Below the pieces are notes generated by a model, which saw only the letters and a list, made by a program, of their open reading frames with translations, had not been told where the DNA came from and ran no database searches. Shown one piece after another: positions 36,079 through 49,847 of a DNA stretch of 64,000 nt. Location of the stretch: the NCBI GenBank assembly GCA_964187785.1, contig OZ076409.1, positions 88,724,001 to 88,788,000 of the forward strand, written 5' to 3'. The first letter of the stretch is position 1. Each line of letters starts with the position of its first letter. Both the position numbers and the translations under genes were made by a program. This DNA comes from Amphiscolops sp. MND2022 (Eukaryota).

Positions 36079-37239
36079 ATTATATATATAAAGTGATAAA
36101 ATCCCGTGAAAAAAGGAAACTTGGCTGACTTAAGTTGGCCGAGTGTGAGTACTTACAAGTTTCCGTTGTACTTCAAAGATTTTTCGAGCCTGAATTGTCG
36201 GTTCATTGAGGAAAAACTATCTCGAAGTTTATATTTTAATATTTTGGGCTGATCAGACAACGAAAAACATGAGGCCAATTCAGCGCCCCTTTTGGTGCCT
36301 ACAAAAGCTTTTAAACTTCCATATTTCGCTTGACGTAATTCGAAGACATGGTTTTCGGCAAAAATTGTCCATTGGACGTTTCAGCGCTTTTAATTTCGCA
36401 TCAAAGGAGCAGGTCGAAGTTCGTAAGGTACTTTTTCTCGAGAATCACATTCAAAAGGATTTTTTATATTTATAAAGAAATTCAAACCCCATTGCTCGTT
36501 CGACCTGACAGTTATATAGATTTTATTCATAAAGTGGGGCGGAAAGCCATCCGAACTTGCACTCGAGCTGTTGGGGAAGGACTTCGGAGCCGTTTGGATG
36601 AAAACTTCTGAGGTTGCAAAACAATCGATATCTGTGGGGTCCGGAACTCAGCAAATTTACATCTCTGTATGTTTCAGCTCGAGGATTGCGTAGTCGTCGA
36701 CTGTGATATCTGCAAGGGAACAATGATACGGTCAAATTTCTATTGTCGAATTTGATACTACAACCTAGCATCGAAGTCCCCTTGTCGAAAGACTTTTGTC
36801 GGAGTAATTGCGTCGATGCAAGTGGTAAAGCACCAAAATTGCATTTGCGTAGCAAGTAACATTGTTTTTGGTCCTCGGATATGCCCCCATTCCTTTGGTT
36901 CCCCGCGGCTCCTTGGGCCGCTTATGTTCCCATCTTGCTAAGCGACGTCCAACAGGAGCAAAGACCTAGCGGGAACGGAGATCGAGAAGCGGTCGTAGTG
37001 GGAGCTCGTCTTTGCGACAGTGAAGGCGAGCGTGCATACACCGTATATGACTTCATATTAGGTGGCGAATAACTTGTTTGGTGTAGTTAGTAACGGTATT
37101 ATCAGCCATTTTAATCTGAAACAAACAGGTATAGTTCGACTGAAATTCGACATAATTTGGAAAATAAATCGACAATAGTTGTTCTTTGAATCTAATGATA
37201 CGACGTTAGGAATTCGACGTGTCAAAATTCGACGCCTTC

Positions 37240-37530
37240 ATGGGACGCCATATCTGCAATAGTATCGTCGCCTATTGCCATTCCGATCCCGGCCTTGTTA
37301 AGGTCACCGTCGTCTAAGTCAGCTCAAATGGAACGCAGTCGCCGAACTATCTTGCTTTTAAGTTGCGAGTTTCTGTCACGTTTCAAGTTTTTCTCAAGGA
37401 CCTCATCCCGAATACGCTTGTTGATAATTGCCCTGAGTGATGACTTCTGACGTTCACCTCCTCGAGTTGGTTTTTCCACAAACAGCTTAGAGATGAGAGC
37501 AACAAGCAACACGGCAACATCCACAAATAT
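37240..37530 (-). mobile_element. Probable CRE-like ORF fragment (region upstream of RT)
   Basis: KP.RGG.RQKSSL..IINKRI ... DDGDL.KA..MA.GDDTIA resembles the GD..GA.R...SDD motif preceding CRE RTs; contains a stop. Confidence 0.45.
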
Positions 37531-37960
37531 CTTTTTCTTTTGACATTACATTGTCAGCTAGAAGGATCCGTGAAGTTTTAAGAACTCTCTCCAAGAAAAC
37601 AACATGAGAATAAAGTTAAAGAGAGTGATGCAATATAATGAGTAATCATCCGAAAACAATGAATTTGTAATCATGCTTCAAATAAATTTTCTGTGAGTAA
37701 TGTCAGTAGGTCTCTGACTTCTGTTTTGATGAGAGTTCAAAATAAGTTTGAAGGTTGCGAATTAATCGGGAGTTGTACGCTTTCAAAATCAACTCCACCG
37801 GAATTGAGCCATCCAATCAGAACGCGGGTAGCACCAATCGCTTCAGCAGATCAGTGCCGAGATCTGTCCATACCTGATTTTTGATATCAGCCTTTTTGAA
37901 ACTTTTTTATGGACTGTAGAAGTTCGAAAACTGAGACAAAATACGGGTATCTCAATTTTT

Positions 37961-40900
37961 TTAACTTGTGTTGCTGCTTTTTGAAGTTGAAGTCGATATG
38001 GTTGTCTCGACAGAAACTGAAGCAGGCATAGGTCTGTCAACGGGCAGTTTGCGTAACTTGACTATAGGCCTGTTAAATGTCCCAGATGATGTTTTCACTT
38101 TTGCAACTCTGCTAATGTCGTCATTTTCGCAGTATAATTTTTCAATCCGTGCCATCTGCCACCTTAAAGGAGCTGAATTGTCTTCAGCGATTAGAACCAG
38201 ATCACCTTCTGCGAAGCTAGGTGCAGAGACAAGCCATCGTTTTCGAATTTGCAAGGTTACTACGTAATCTCTGTACCATGCTTTCCAGAAGTCGTTTTTG
38301 ACTCGTTCGAGTAACTTGAATTTTTGTGGTAATGAAATTGATTCATTCAATATGTCTATACTGGGAAGGTCAGATGCAGGTCTTGAGTTCAAAATTGACT
38401 CATTTTGTATTACCAATGTGTTCAATTCTTCAAATGAAAGTATGCGTAGTCCAACTATTCTTCTCAAATGAGGTTTCATGCTCTTCACAGCGGCTTCACA
38501 CAGTCCGCTGAAGTGAGGAGAGCGCGGTGGTATGGTTTCCCATTCGATTCCTTGATGAGCCATGAAGTTGCCTACTGACCTGTCATTAAATTCTTTCGCA
38601 GCGTCGAGAAGCTGCTGGACTTTGATCATGTCGTTCCAGGCCCGACGAAGTTGCGTCCATTGTCACTAACAATCTTTTTGGGCAATCCGCGAGGAGAAAT
38701 GAATCTCCTTATAGCTGAGATGCAGGCCTTCTTTGTTAAATCTTCGAACAATTCAATATGGATTGCCTTTATTACAAAACAGACGGAAATGGCAATATAA
38801 GTTTTCTGATTGGACTTCGTAATAATTGGACCTGCTAGATCAAGTTACAGGTCTGAAAAGATTCGGATGCAGTGATTCGTTCTGCAGCAAGGTGAACCAT
38901 CAACTGATTTGATGCTTTGTTTTCAAATCGGCTGCAAGTGACGCACTGTTTGATGACTTTTCTCGCTAAATTTCTTCCATTTGGTATCCAGAACTCTTCT
39001 CGACTTGAATTTAAGGTCAGCTGCCCTCGCCATGAGGGGTAGCTTCATGAAAATGCTGCAAGATCAAAATGCGAGTTGATAATCTTTTTCCACCAAGAAA
39101 GGAAATTTCTTGCTTCCTCTGGAGTTTCCTTGAGACAATCTGCCTCCAACTCGTAGTGTTTTTGTTTCTTCATCGAAAAATGGTGGAAGATTCAGCAGTT
39201 TGTTGTTTCGGGGCAATTCCGATGCATGTGGCAAAGGGTTAATATCGTTTCTGAACGAGTCTTCTTGATGCTGTCTAATTATTTCAATTTTTGCTTGGAT
39301 AAGATCGTGAGCATCAATAATGTGTTTTGAATTCGATCGCTTCATGAAAGTTCGTATTGCTATCTTCACAGTTGCAACCACACGACAGAACTTCATGAAA
39401 GATGAATATCGACTGCAATCGAACATTGGGGATTTGTCAGTTCCGATTGCTTTTGTTATTTCACGGGTTGAATGTGTAATTTTGTCCGTTTTTGACTGTT
39501 TTTTCTCCTCAGTTATCTCGACAGCTGGAGGTTTAATTTGTGGCCAAACGTTTTCAGGTTTTGCCAGCCATAATGGTCCATGCCACCAAAGTCCTGATTG
39601 TTTGAGACTCTTCCACGAGATGAACAATCAGCTGGGTTGCTTGCAGATGTGACATGACGCCATTGTGATTTCAGAAGAACATGTTGAATCTCGGACACTC
39701 TGTTCGTGACAAAAGTAGTCCAAGTTCTTGGCAACTGTGCAATCTATTGTAAAACGATCGTAGAGTCAGTCCATGCAGTGGTTTCAACGTTGGTATTATT
39801 GGTGAATTGGAAAATGTTACGAATTTTTGTGAGTAATTTGGTTCCCAAATGTGCTGCATAGAGCTCAAGACGTGGAAGTGAAACAGTTTTGATAGGCGCG
39901 ACTCTGTTTTTTCCTGCTAAAACATTGACAGCAATGAATCCCATGGAATCCACGAATCTGGCATACAAAACTGCTCCATATGCTAATTCGGATGCATCTG
40001 TGAACATATGGAAATGAATCGAATTCACTGCGTTAGGCGGTAGAATACATCTTGGGAGATAGAAACCGTGCAATTGACGAAGATCAGCCTTGATTGCTAT
40101 CCATTCCTCTAACAAGTCTTGTGTCAACTGTTCCTCCCAATCTACGCCTCTCGTCCAGCGTTTTTGTAGCAGTATTTTAAATTTGATAACAATCGGACTA
40201 AACCATCCAACGAGATCGAACAGTTTGGCTGTGTCTGACAGCAGTTGTCTTTTTGTGATTGATCCTTTGTTGTCAAATTTGGAGAAAAACTGGAAATGAT
40301 CAGCATTGGGTTTCCAAGCAAATCCCACAGTTTTTATTCTGTAGTCTTGGTCCATGAATTTGGCTTCTGAACTTTCTCTCAATTGTTCAGGAAGCGATGA
40401 GATCAACTCACTGTGGCATTGAAGCCCATTTCCTCAGTTTGAATCCGAAGATGCTCAATTCTTGACAAAGTAGTCGAATTTGTTCTTTGCCGCTGCTAGT
40501 GAATCCGTTCCTGACAGATAATCATCCACGTAGAAGTCGTTTTTTATGGTCATTGCTATTTCCTGTTGAAACATCGATTGCTGACTTCCACCAGGGCTCG
40601 TACTGAATGGTAAGCTGCTGAAGTGATGCCATAGATGACTCTCGTCATGCGAAATTGCTGAATGGGCTGATTTGGATCCTCGCCCTACAAAAGTCGGTGA
40701 AAATCTCTTGCTGATGTGTCCAAAATTATCTGTCTATACATTTTGGCAATACCCGCTGTTAATGCAACTCGATGTAAACGAAATCTCTCAAGTAGAGAAA
40801 AAAGATCTTGTTGAATGGTGGGACCAACCATCAGTGATGAATTGAGGGGTGTGCCGTTGTCTGACTTTGCGGAACCGTCAAAGACAACTTGCGATTTGGT

Positions 40901-43235
40901 TGAGGTTGATTCAGCTTTTTGAACGCAGTGGTGTGGTAGAAAGTTGATTTTTTCATTAGGTTTGTGAATGTCATCAATGGGCACTGGTTCAATGTGCTTT
41001 AATTCGGCGAATTCGTGAATGAAACTGCAATACCTTTCTTTCAGTTGCGGATCTGATCGTAAGCGTTTTTCCAATGACAAAAACCGTCTCTTGGCTTGCA
41101 AATAAGTGTCACCCAAAGGTTTGACATCTGCTTTGAACAGCATTTGAACAACAAAACGATTGTTTTCGACTCTGGTGGTCTCTTGAAGGTGTTGCTCACA
41201 TGCTATCTCCTCCGCTGTTTGTGTCTTGCCTGGGAGTTTCCCAAAATTTTCTCAAATCGAAAGTGTTGTAATTGCAAACTGAAGATGTTATCTTTGAGTG
41301 CGTCGGATGTGATTCGGGATGCTTTCCAGGTGCAATCCAACCAAAAACTCTGTTTCTGAAGTGAATTCCATTCACTGCAGTGAATTTGCCGTCCAAGACA
41401 ACTTCTTCAAAGACATTAGAACCAAGAATCATCTCAATTCTGTCAGGTTCATTGAAATTAGGATCTGCTAATATAATTGAACAATGATAAAAAATTGTTA
41501 GAATGCTGAATTCCGACGAAGAAAGGAAGTGCGTGGGTGTTGGGAGTATATAGGCTGTGATGTCTATCACCCCTTTCTGTGTTGTGATCTGAATAATGAC
41601 TGATCCAGAATTGTACGATTTGGTTACATTACCAACTCCGTTGATTGTGATTGATTGTTTGAGACGTTTCAATTCCATTCCTTGTACTGTGTCTTCTGTG
41701 ACAAAACTAAGTTGCGACCCACTATCTAGCAACGCACGACACAAGTTGTTTGTTGAGGATGAGTTTGCAATGGGTATCATTGCTGTGGGAAGGAATCCAA
41801 ATGTGAAATGGATTCCAGAATGTCCTGTCAGTACAGATCCAGTTGAATTCGAGCTGACTGTGTTTGAGGCAACATGCAATAGAGAGTTGTTCCGGCCTTT
41901 GCACGTTCTACATGACGATTTAGTTTTGCAATCTTTTGTTGTATGGCCTGAATTCAAGCAGATGAAACACAATTTAGCTGTGATTAGGATGTTTTTTCGT
42001 TCCTGGATGCTGAGGTTCTTGAACTTGTCACAGTTGAAGACTTTGTGATTTTCTGAACAAGCAGGACATCTCTCTGTAGATATTTTGTAGTTTATTGACA
42101 CATGATTGGATTCGCGAGACGTTCTGTGTTCCTGAGAAGAGCTGAAATTGTTGAAACTGCTTTAAGGGGTCCTTGTATCAGAAACTTCTAATGCTTGAAC
42201 CCTCCAGTTGATGAATTTTCTCAATTGATTCAAGGTTTGAAGTTCTTTCTCCGGATAGTCAAGCTCAAAATGCATTCTTGATTCGGCGTCAAGCTTTTCT
42301 GACAAGAGATCTACCCAGACGAATCCACATGGAACGGTATCAACTTTGAGAGCTTGTATTGCCATCAAATTTTCTTCGAAAGCTACAATTAGCTTCCTAA
42401 GCTCGGTAGCAGATTCTTTTTGAAGTGGCAGGAGTTGAAAAATATCTCTTAAAATAGTCCTAACAATTAACCGTGGATTGTCGTATCTATCAGTGAGGCT
42501 GTTGAGGGCACTTTGATAGTTGGAATTTGACAGTGGAAGATGAGATATCAATTGTGATGCCTCTCCAGTTAGGGCGGATTTCAGGTAGTTGAACTTCTGA
42601 ATATCTGACAGACTTGCATTACTGTCACCTGATGCCATGAATTGTTCGTGAAAAGGTGTACAATTTTCATACTTTCCATCAAATTTTGGCAGATCAAACT
42701 TCGGCATTTTCAAACTGTTGGAGAGCTGGAGCTGGAAGCATTATCGAACGTTCCAACAGTAGAGGTGTTGTGCTGAGCATGGAATCATTTGATTTTATTG
42801 ATCTGTGTCAAAACTTTCATGTGAAATTCCTCTGCAGCCATCTTTCGTCTTCCATTTCTTGATTTGTGCTTGGCATTTGATTCTAAATTGCTGCATTCAG
42901 TGTTGTACATTCATTTAATTTCATTTCCAGAGTTGTCTGTCGAGCCTCGAGTTGAATTATGTGTTCACTTGTTATGTCCGCTTAGTTTCTGTCCAGAATT
43001 GCATGAATTTGACTGATCCACTTGGTTATGACACCAGTTGATGCTGATCGTGAACGTTTCAATTCTTCCATTGTCTTTTCTTGATTCAAGGACATTGTTC
43101 TTTTGTATTACAATTGTTTGTTGCTGTTACGGGTCGCGGCACCAAAAAATGTAGCTACTGATGATTGAAGTTTGCGGGAGAGTTTTTATAAGCGAGATTG
43201 AATTGGATTTTGTGAAAACAGAGAAAAAATACCAG
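37961..43235 (-). mobile_element. BEL/Pao LTR retrotransposon, degenerate, no matching 3' LTR
   Basis: Polyprotein from ATG 43071 (MEELKRSR): DUF1759-type gag, three-knuckle Cys region, LLDSGS protease, FLPHH/VVFDGS/FYVDD RT, FTDAS/PRLEL RNase H, integrase and DUF5641-like tail; many stops and frameshifts; LTR end ...tagctaca at 43150. Confidence 0.92.
43130..43144 (-). promoter_or_regulatory. BEL primer binding site, tRNA-His-like
   Basis: tggtgccgcgacccg five T residues after the LTR-terminal CA; resembles the His PBS TGGTGCCGTGAC. Confidence 0.65.
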
Positions 43236-43239
43236 AGTT

Positions 43240-43450
43240 CAATAGGGTGTCTGGTCTAAACTGCTTCATCATCACAGTGAGGGATAGTGTTCACTGGAGA
43301 GCAATCAAAGTCAGCAAAGCTCCGGGCCAACATTATCGATAGTTTGGCGCATTTTATATAGACCCGTCCGTTGCAAAGCTCACAGTTTACCCAGTCAATC
43401 AACCGCGAAGGCTCTCGACTTTTCAGAGCGTTGCAGCATGTTGTTGCTAT
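43240..43450 (-). mobile_element. Degenerate PHD-finger-like fragment, possibly the N-terminus of a CRE-like element
   Basis: DWVNCELCNGRVYIKCA resembles the PHD W.xC..C..W.H..C motif. Confidence 0.35.
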
Positions 43451-46099
43451 TCGTCGAAACTCGAAACCTAACCTTTTGCAGGAATACCACATTTGGGTAT
43501 ATATCAATCTCCCCAAAAACAACCACTGCAGTGAAACAATCAGTGTATGATACAAAACCTCGAATCAAAACCGTGAATTGATAAAATAGAATGAAAATGG
43601 AAATATCTAACCAAATTGTGATCGTTCTTTCAGCCGAAGTGCAGCGACAATGCAACAGAACAGCGTCAGAGACGCTGCTCAGTTGTCGTAAACTTATAAT
43701 CATTGCTATCTCTTAAGCTATTCAACAAGTCAATCAGAACAAGTGGGTAGCTTCTTGGAAGACCGTAGCTCAAGCTCAAAGCTGACTACATAATGTTTTA
43801 ACATAGCTGTTTGCGTTATAAGGAGAATTTCGACAAATTTGGCCGAGTGTTCTCAACTTAGGGGTTTTAAATCAATTGTTAATACCCCAAGTCCCCTTTT
43901 ACACAAGACAATTGGCTTCAAAAAACAACCCAAGTGACCAATTGCATTAGGCCAAATGACTTTGAGTTGAACGAATTTAAACCAAGTGATCATTTAACAG
44001 TTAAAATGTGCAGTACTTGTGAGGTCGAAATGCTAGAACAACGGGAATTGGCAAGCAGTCGCCGGTGCTTCTCCATTGATGAAAATGGAGGAATAATGAA
44101 ATGGGTTTGTGGCCCGGACAGCCGCTCAAATCCATAGGCCTTTTTGCTTCCCGAGGAGGTCCCGTCAGGGGGAGGTCCCGCCCCTAAACAGAACTTGCCG
44201 AACTGTTCCAGTCTCTACTTGTTGCCGGTGACGTGTTCTATGCTTTTCCTTTTCGAAATCACCGTCTAGACAGCCTTCAAAAACGAAGATGGTGGTTATG
44301 AAGGTAAATGCTTCTAGATGACGGGACATTGCGAAAGAGTAGCTCAAGAGCTAAAACATCAAGATAGTACAATAAATCACAGCACTAATCACATTTCACA
44401 GCATTTAGCAGGGTCATAATCACCGTGCACTTAATTAAGCAAAGACACTCATTCTGGGCAATAAATACAAATGGTATCATCATGCTAAAATAATCGCAAT
44501 TTTTAGTCAGGATTCGTCTTGGCGAGATTTCCTGGTTGGTACTTCTCGTAAGAAGTGTGCGATCTTCTTCTTTGCCTTTTCGCGTCTGCTGCATAGCTGT
44601 TATGATTTGCGGTCTCTATTTTTCTCTGGACAAGCCTTTTTACTAACATGGACACAATTTGCGGAAATTGATTGAAAAATGTAGTTTCCTCGTTCTCAAA
44701 CGAATTGTTCAACCATGACGTGAGATGTGATCGTTAGATTGTGTTGAGTCCATAATCATTTTGGACAGCCATTTCACGAGATGACCAGTTTTTCAGATTT
44801 GACACAAATTTTTCGAGGGTCAAGGTGTTCATGCAGCGTAAGTGCAACTTTTATTTTTCTAATCAGGGATCGCTTTCCATGTTCACACAAGTGTTAAATG
44901 AAAAAACCACTTTCTCACTGACATCAGCACTATTTTCTGGGCTACATCGTGCAAACATCCCAGCGCTCCGTTTTGAAGTTTGAGTTGTTTCCGCGTATGT
45001 TTTATGTAGGTTAGAAATACAATCTGACAGTAGGTCGGGAGGGCATTAGCAAACAAGATTCGAAAATGGACCCAACCCGTGTTCCAGTGTACAGCTCAGA
45101 ATTTGACAACGAGAAAGGAGAAAAAACGATCGAAGTTTCTAAACGCTTTTTAAAGTATCTTCAGGTTGCAGTGGTTGAACGTCGGTCTCTGTTTAAACCT
45201 TTGTCTGGAGGTTGGTGAGAAATGGTAGAGGATTTCCATTAGTATACGCCTTGCAGCAAACTTATATGAAGCGCAAGCTTGCCATTGTGGTTAAAAGATC
45301 GAAAGAGTCCGTTTTTGTAGAAGTACAGGTTCGTTATGTGAAATTGTTGAAGTCTTCATATCGCGCCTCTGTGAAACGCCCTGTCATCCGCACGATAATC
45401 AGTGAAGCGGTAGCTTTTTGAAGCAACGTATCGCAATGGCTCTTCAAACTGGGACGACGACATGTATTCTTGGATTGTTTGTCAGCAGAGCTGTTTTCGG
45501 AGACCTCTCTTGAGCATAGTAAGTTTACCGGGACTGGCTTCCATCTTTGCAACTCGACGATTCATCGCGGGTAGTGACTTTCCCTTTGTTTTTGTTCGGT
45601 TCGTCTACTTGGCAGGCAAGGATACCAGTAAAGCTTTGTCGTTTATTTTGTTTCCTTTTGTTCACAGACCACGGATGCGTGCCAACTTCCGCCCCCTTAC
45701 ATGATAACCAACATGGCACAAAATTATTGAGGACAATCCTTGTTGTCTTGAAGTCCAGATGAAATTGACTAATTTTGAAAGTTAGAAGATTACTCATTGT
45801 TTCTTTTCCAAACCCAATGTCATGTTGAAATTCTTTCTGAAAAAGAATCCCCTTTTCATGAGAACAAAAATTTTCAGCAGTATCTACCACCAAATTTTGA
45901 AAGTAAGTCCCACCCGAATTTCATCTTCGGCACACATGCCACAAAAAGTTTTGGTGGCAGGTTCCTCAAATAGAATCCCATTATCTAAACCTCTTCTATT
46001 GAAAGATATCCTCATTATCCTAATTATTTTCGTTATCATCAATTGAAACTCCTATTTCCTTGTTGAACACATTTCCTTTATCAAAACCCAACACAACGC

Positions 46100-47850
46100 A
46101 ATTTATAATTCGAAAGATTCGTTTTCGCGACAAATGAGAGATTGAAATGGTGCCCAGATGAAGACCTCCCACATCTGAAAGACAAACTGGAAACATTGGA
46201 CCAATAGAAAATAATATGGAACAATCCGATTGCCACGATTGTAACTATCTAGAAGATCTCACAAGGGTTATGTGGGATTGATGTTCGACGAAGCATCACA
46301 TATATTACAAAATGAAGGTTTAACACTCGATGACCTGACCGCACTTGCACTAACCATTGAATCGAAGAAGACCTGTCAAACAAACGAAGAAATTGATGCA
46401 TTCACTTCATTCCCAAAATCAGAAGAACTGGAAGAAACTAAAGACTTCACATAGGAAATTGACTTTTATACTTTTGAGCTGGACAAGATAGAAAAAGATT
46501 TTCAACAATAAAAGATGAACCAACATAGCAAAAAAAATCAGCTGGAAACAGTACCGTCCAACAAACGAATACAAGACTCCCGAAACTGGAAATTCCAAGG
46601 CTTGAAAGTGATAATTTGAGTTTCCTATGTTAGTGGGAATTGTTCGACGCTAATAAAAATTCACTCACACTATCACATCTGTTCACGAAAGTAGTTTCCA
46701 GAAACCAACTCTGAAAAGAGAACCAACAACACCTATAGCCGTCTCGCAAGGCGAATAGATGGAACCACTAGAAGCAGTTTTTTGATACCTCGGAGCTACA
46801 GACACGTGGAGCGAAGCGTAAATCCGGAAAGAGCTGAGTTTGAAGCTAACTAAATTCTACTTCTAATGAACTAGCTTACGGGAGACATAGGACGATCTTT
46901 AGCCAGTGATCATGGAAAGACAACATGGACACAGCCGACATCTTGGAAGCCCTCAAGAGAGAAAACAAGTTCTGGAACAAGACAAAACGTAAGAAATAGG
47001 CTCAATGACAAAATTGCTAGTTCATTCGTTTGTTGTTTTTTTTTGCCAAACACAAAAACAAACAAACAGACGCCTCAGCACCGACCATTGTAGTTGAAAG
47101 CTGGCCAAGAATGCCTGGCTTGGCTCCTATCAACGAAGACACCAAGAAAACGTTTGTTGATGTTCAATAACTATAATTTCAGTTTCTTTGTCAACCCAGC
47201 ATCGCAGAACAATCAGAAGCGTATCTTGCAGTTTTCGCCTGCTGCGTAATCAGTGCAGTAAACCTGGAACTTGTGACAAATCTAACAGACGAACATTTCC
47301 CACTTGCATTCCGCTGTTTTCACGTGAGAAAACTCGTTCTAACAACAAATTGTATCGGATAACGCAACTTATTTCATGCTGGAGAATCAGCAATCAAGAG
47401 CATTTTTGAAGTCAACGCCATACAACAACACCTCAGCAAGCACTAAACCAAATGGACACACAGTTTTGGAAAATCACTGTCGTGGGGAGGATTTTACGAA
47501 AAACTGTCGGTTTTTGTCGGACGAAAGTCAGTTTTGTCAAAAATATACTGACGAAAACTCTCGGCAAAATGTTTTTGACACAAAGAGAGCTCCACACCAT
47601 CCAGAAGGAAACCGAAGTGAACAACAAGCACCTAACATTAATGGAAAGCGACAAAATGCCTAGATCACTATGACCATTGGGACTATGACACGTCATTGGA
47701 CGAAAAGAAATACGAAAACAGCTTTGTCAAAGACCTGAAAAACATTCAAGGCAATCGAAGACTGTTTCACTAGACACAACTACAGCCAAGTATTTGGAAC
47801 AAATGGAAGACAGAGTTTTTGAGTTTTCAAAGAGAACATCCAACACCAAA
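46100..47850 (+). pseudogene. Heavily decayed BEL/Pao pol remnant
   Basis: AVNLELVTNLT.EHFPLAFRCF and IVSDNATYF integrase motifs at about 47255-47375; boundaries approximate. Confidence 0.55.
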
Positions 47851-49847
47851 AGACGGAAGACATCACAAACACCAGTAAAAAAAGGAGATATAGTATTAGT
47901 CTTCAATGAAACACCTCGCTCGACATGAAAACTGAAGTACTGAACAAAGAAAACGACGGACAAGAAGGGCCGGCTCGAGTAAGAACACAAAGACATGACA
48001 TTACCTGAGCACTTAATAAGTTGTATCCTTCCAGACTGAAAACTAACAACAAAAGGAGTTTCCAAGCCTGAAGAAAGTGCACACTTCTTTATGAGGATGA
48101 TAATTTCGTGGTAGAACAGACAGACGACAACAAAAAGCAAAGTCTGAACACTGATTACAAACCGCGTAATAAAACATTTACTCATGCTTGAGAATGGTTC
48201 CAAGCGTTTATGGACGATAAAAAAAATCTCAACGAAGACTTGTTTCTCCCTGTGTGGAAAATATTGTGAACTCTGATTAAAACTGATTCTTCACGAGTGA
48301 ATAAAATACAAAAGCTTACACTCGTTGTTTTTTTGCTTAAGTCAAATCAACATCAGGTGCCAAGTTTACTTCCTCTCGAATGACAATTTCCCACTTTAAT
48401 GATGACAAGGATGCTCAGAGCAGTTCATTGAGTAGGATCCACCAACTTTTTGTCTTCGACAACCAGTGCCGCAAAAGAATTTGGATAAAATGTTCCCTGA
48501 AAAGATTAAGATCATCTAATTATTTGTCTTGGAAAATAACCTCATCATCTTTATCGTTTTTATAGTCAATATTTGGCACTTTTCAATTTCCTATCTAGCT
48601 TTCCCCCCCCCGTTCATCAAAACTCGACAGAAAGCATTTTTTCACTCATTAAAATAATATCCTGACGACTGAGATCATACAATTTGTCATCTGAGTGAGA
48701 AAACACTTGGACAGCATGTCGCGTTGTGCTTGAGCAGAAACGCTCAATGGTCGCCAAAAAGTGCTACAGATTTTCTATACTCGAGGGCCTAAAAGCATGT
48801 GAACATAGCATGTCTCAGATCAAGGAAACTTGTTAAAAGAACCGGAAAGATAAAGGAATTTTTTCAAAAAATTGAAAAGTTGTGTTTTTGTCAGAAACCT
48901 GAAAGCGTCATACTTCATGACGAAAACTCAGATGGTTAAAGAACTAGAACACATCCTTGTCGTACTTTCCGAGGGAGAATGATTTCCGCAACTTTTTCAG
49001 TTCTCAAAAAAATCAGCCACAAATTGCAAAAAGTTTTTTTTAGTTAAAAATTACTTTCTGTCGAGTTTTGATGAATGGGGGAAAAGTTCGATAAGAAATT
49101 GAAAAGTGCCAAATATTGAATAAAAAACGATAAAGACAATGAGGTTATTTTCAAAGGAAAAAGGATTAGACGATCGTACTCTTTCACATTCTATCCAAAA
49201 TTCGTTTGTGGCACTCGTTGTCGAGGACAAAAATTTGGTGGAGCTTACTCTATAAACTGCTTGAAGATACTTCTGAAAATCTTTGTAATCATGGAATGGG
49301 GAAATTATCATTCGAAAGGAAGTTAACCTGGCACCTGACGTTGATTTGGTTGATTTGATATGAGAAAAAAACAACGAGTAGGATATTAAATTTTTTTCAC
49401 TGGTGAAGAATCAATTTTATATGGAGTTCACAAAGTTTTTCACACGCGCAGACCCTCGTCTTCGTTGAGATTTTCCTCATCGTCCATGAAGGTTTAGAAC
49501 AATTCTCAAGCATGAGTAAATGTTTTATTCCGCGGTTTGTAATCAGTGTTCAGACTTTGATTATTGTTGTCGTCTGTCAGTTCTACCACGAAGCTATCAT
49601 CCTCTTGAAGGTGTCTGCACTTTCTTCAGGCTTGGAAACTCCTATTGTTGTGAGTTGTCAGTCTGAAAGGATACAACTTATAAAGTGCTCAGGTAATGTC
49701 ATGTCTTTGTGTTTCAACTCGAGCCGGCCCTTCTTGTCTGTCGTTTTCTTTGTTCAGTACTTCAGTTTGTCACGTCGAGCGAGGTGTGTCATTGAAGACT
49801 AATACTCTACCTCCTCCCGTTGCTGTTGTTTGCGACGTTTTCCGTCT
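47851..49847. repeat. Large inverted repeat (arms about 47851-48646 and 49042-49847, spacer about 400 bp)
   Basis: Arms align as reverse complements; the ORF track shows the same peptide on opposite strands (47727- and 49512+). Confidence 0.9.

Larger units (their letters stand above)
33112..37057. mobile_element. Long-TIR element (about 185-bp imperfect inverted ends) enclosing nested TE fragments
   Basis: 33112-33270 plus 33624-33652 is the reverse complement of about 36873-37057; no TSD recognised, superfamily unassigned. Confidence 0.7.

Noticed and set aside
35299..36096. 265-aa ORF with poly-Asn N-terminus as a novel gene
   Set aside because: Chance in-frame run through the LINE (TAA)n tail, a MITE scrap and the CRE fragment; non-ATG start and truncated endonuclease.
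37552..37950. BEL 3' LTR
   Set aside because: Only weak end similarity to the 5' LTR, no PPT and no TSD.
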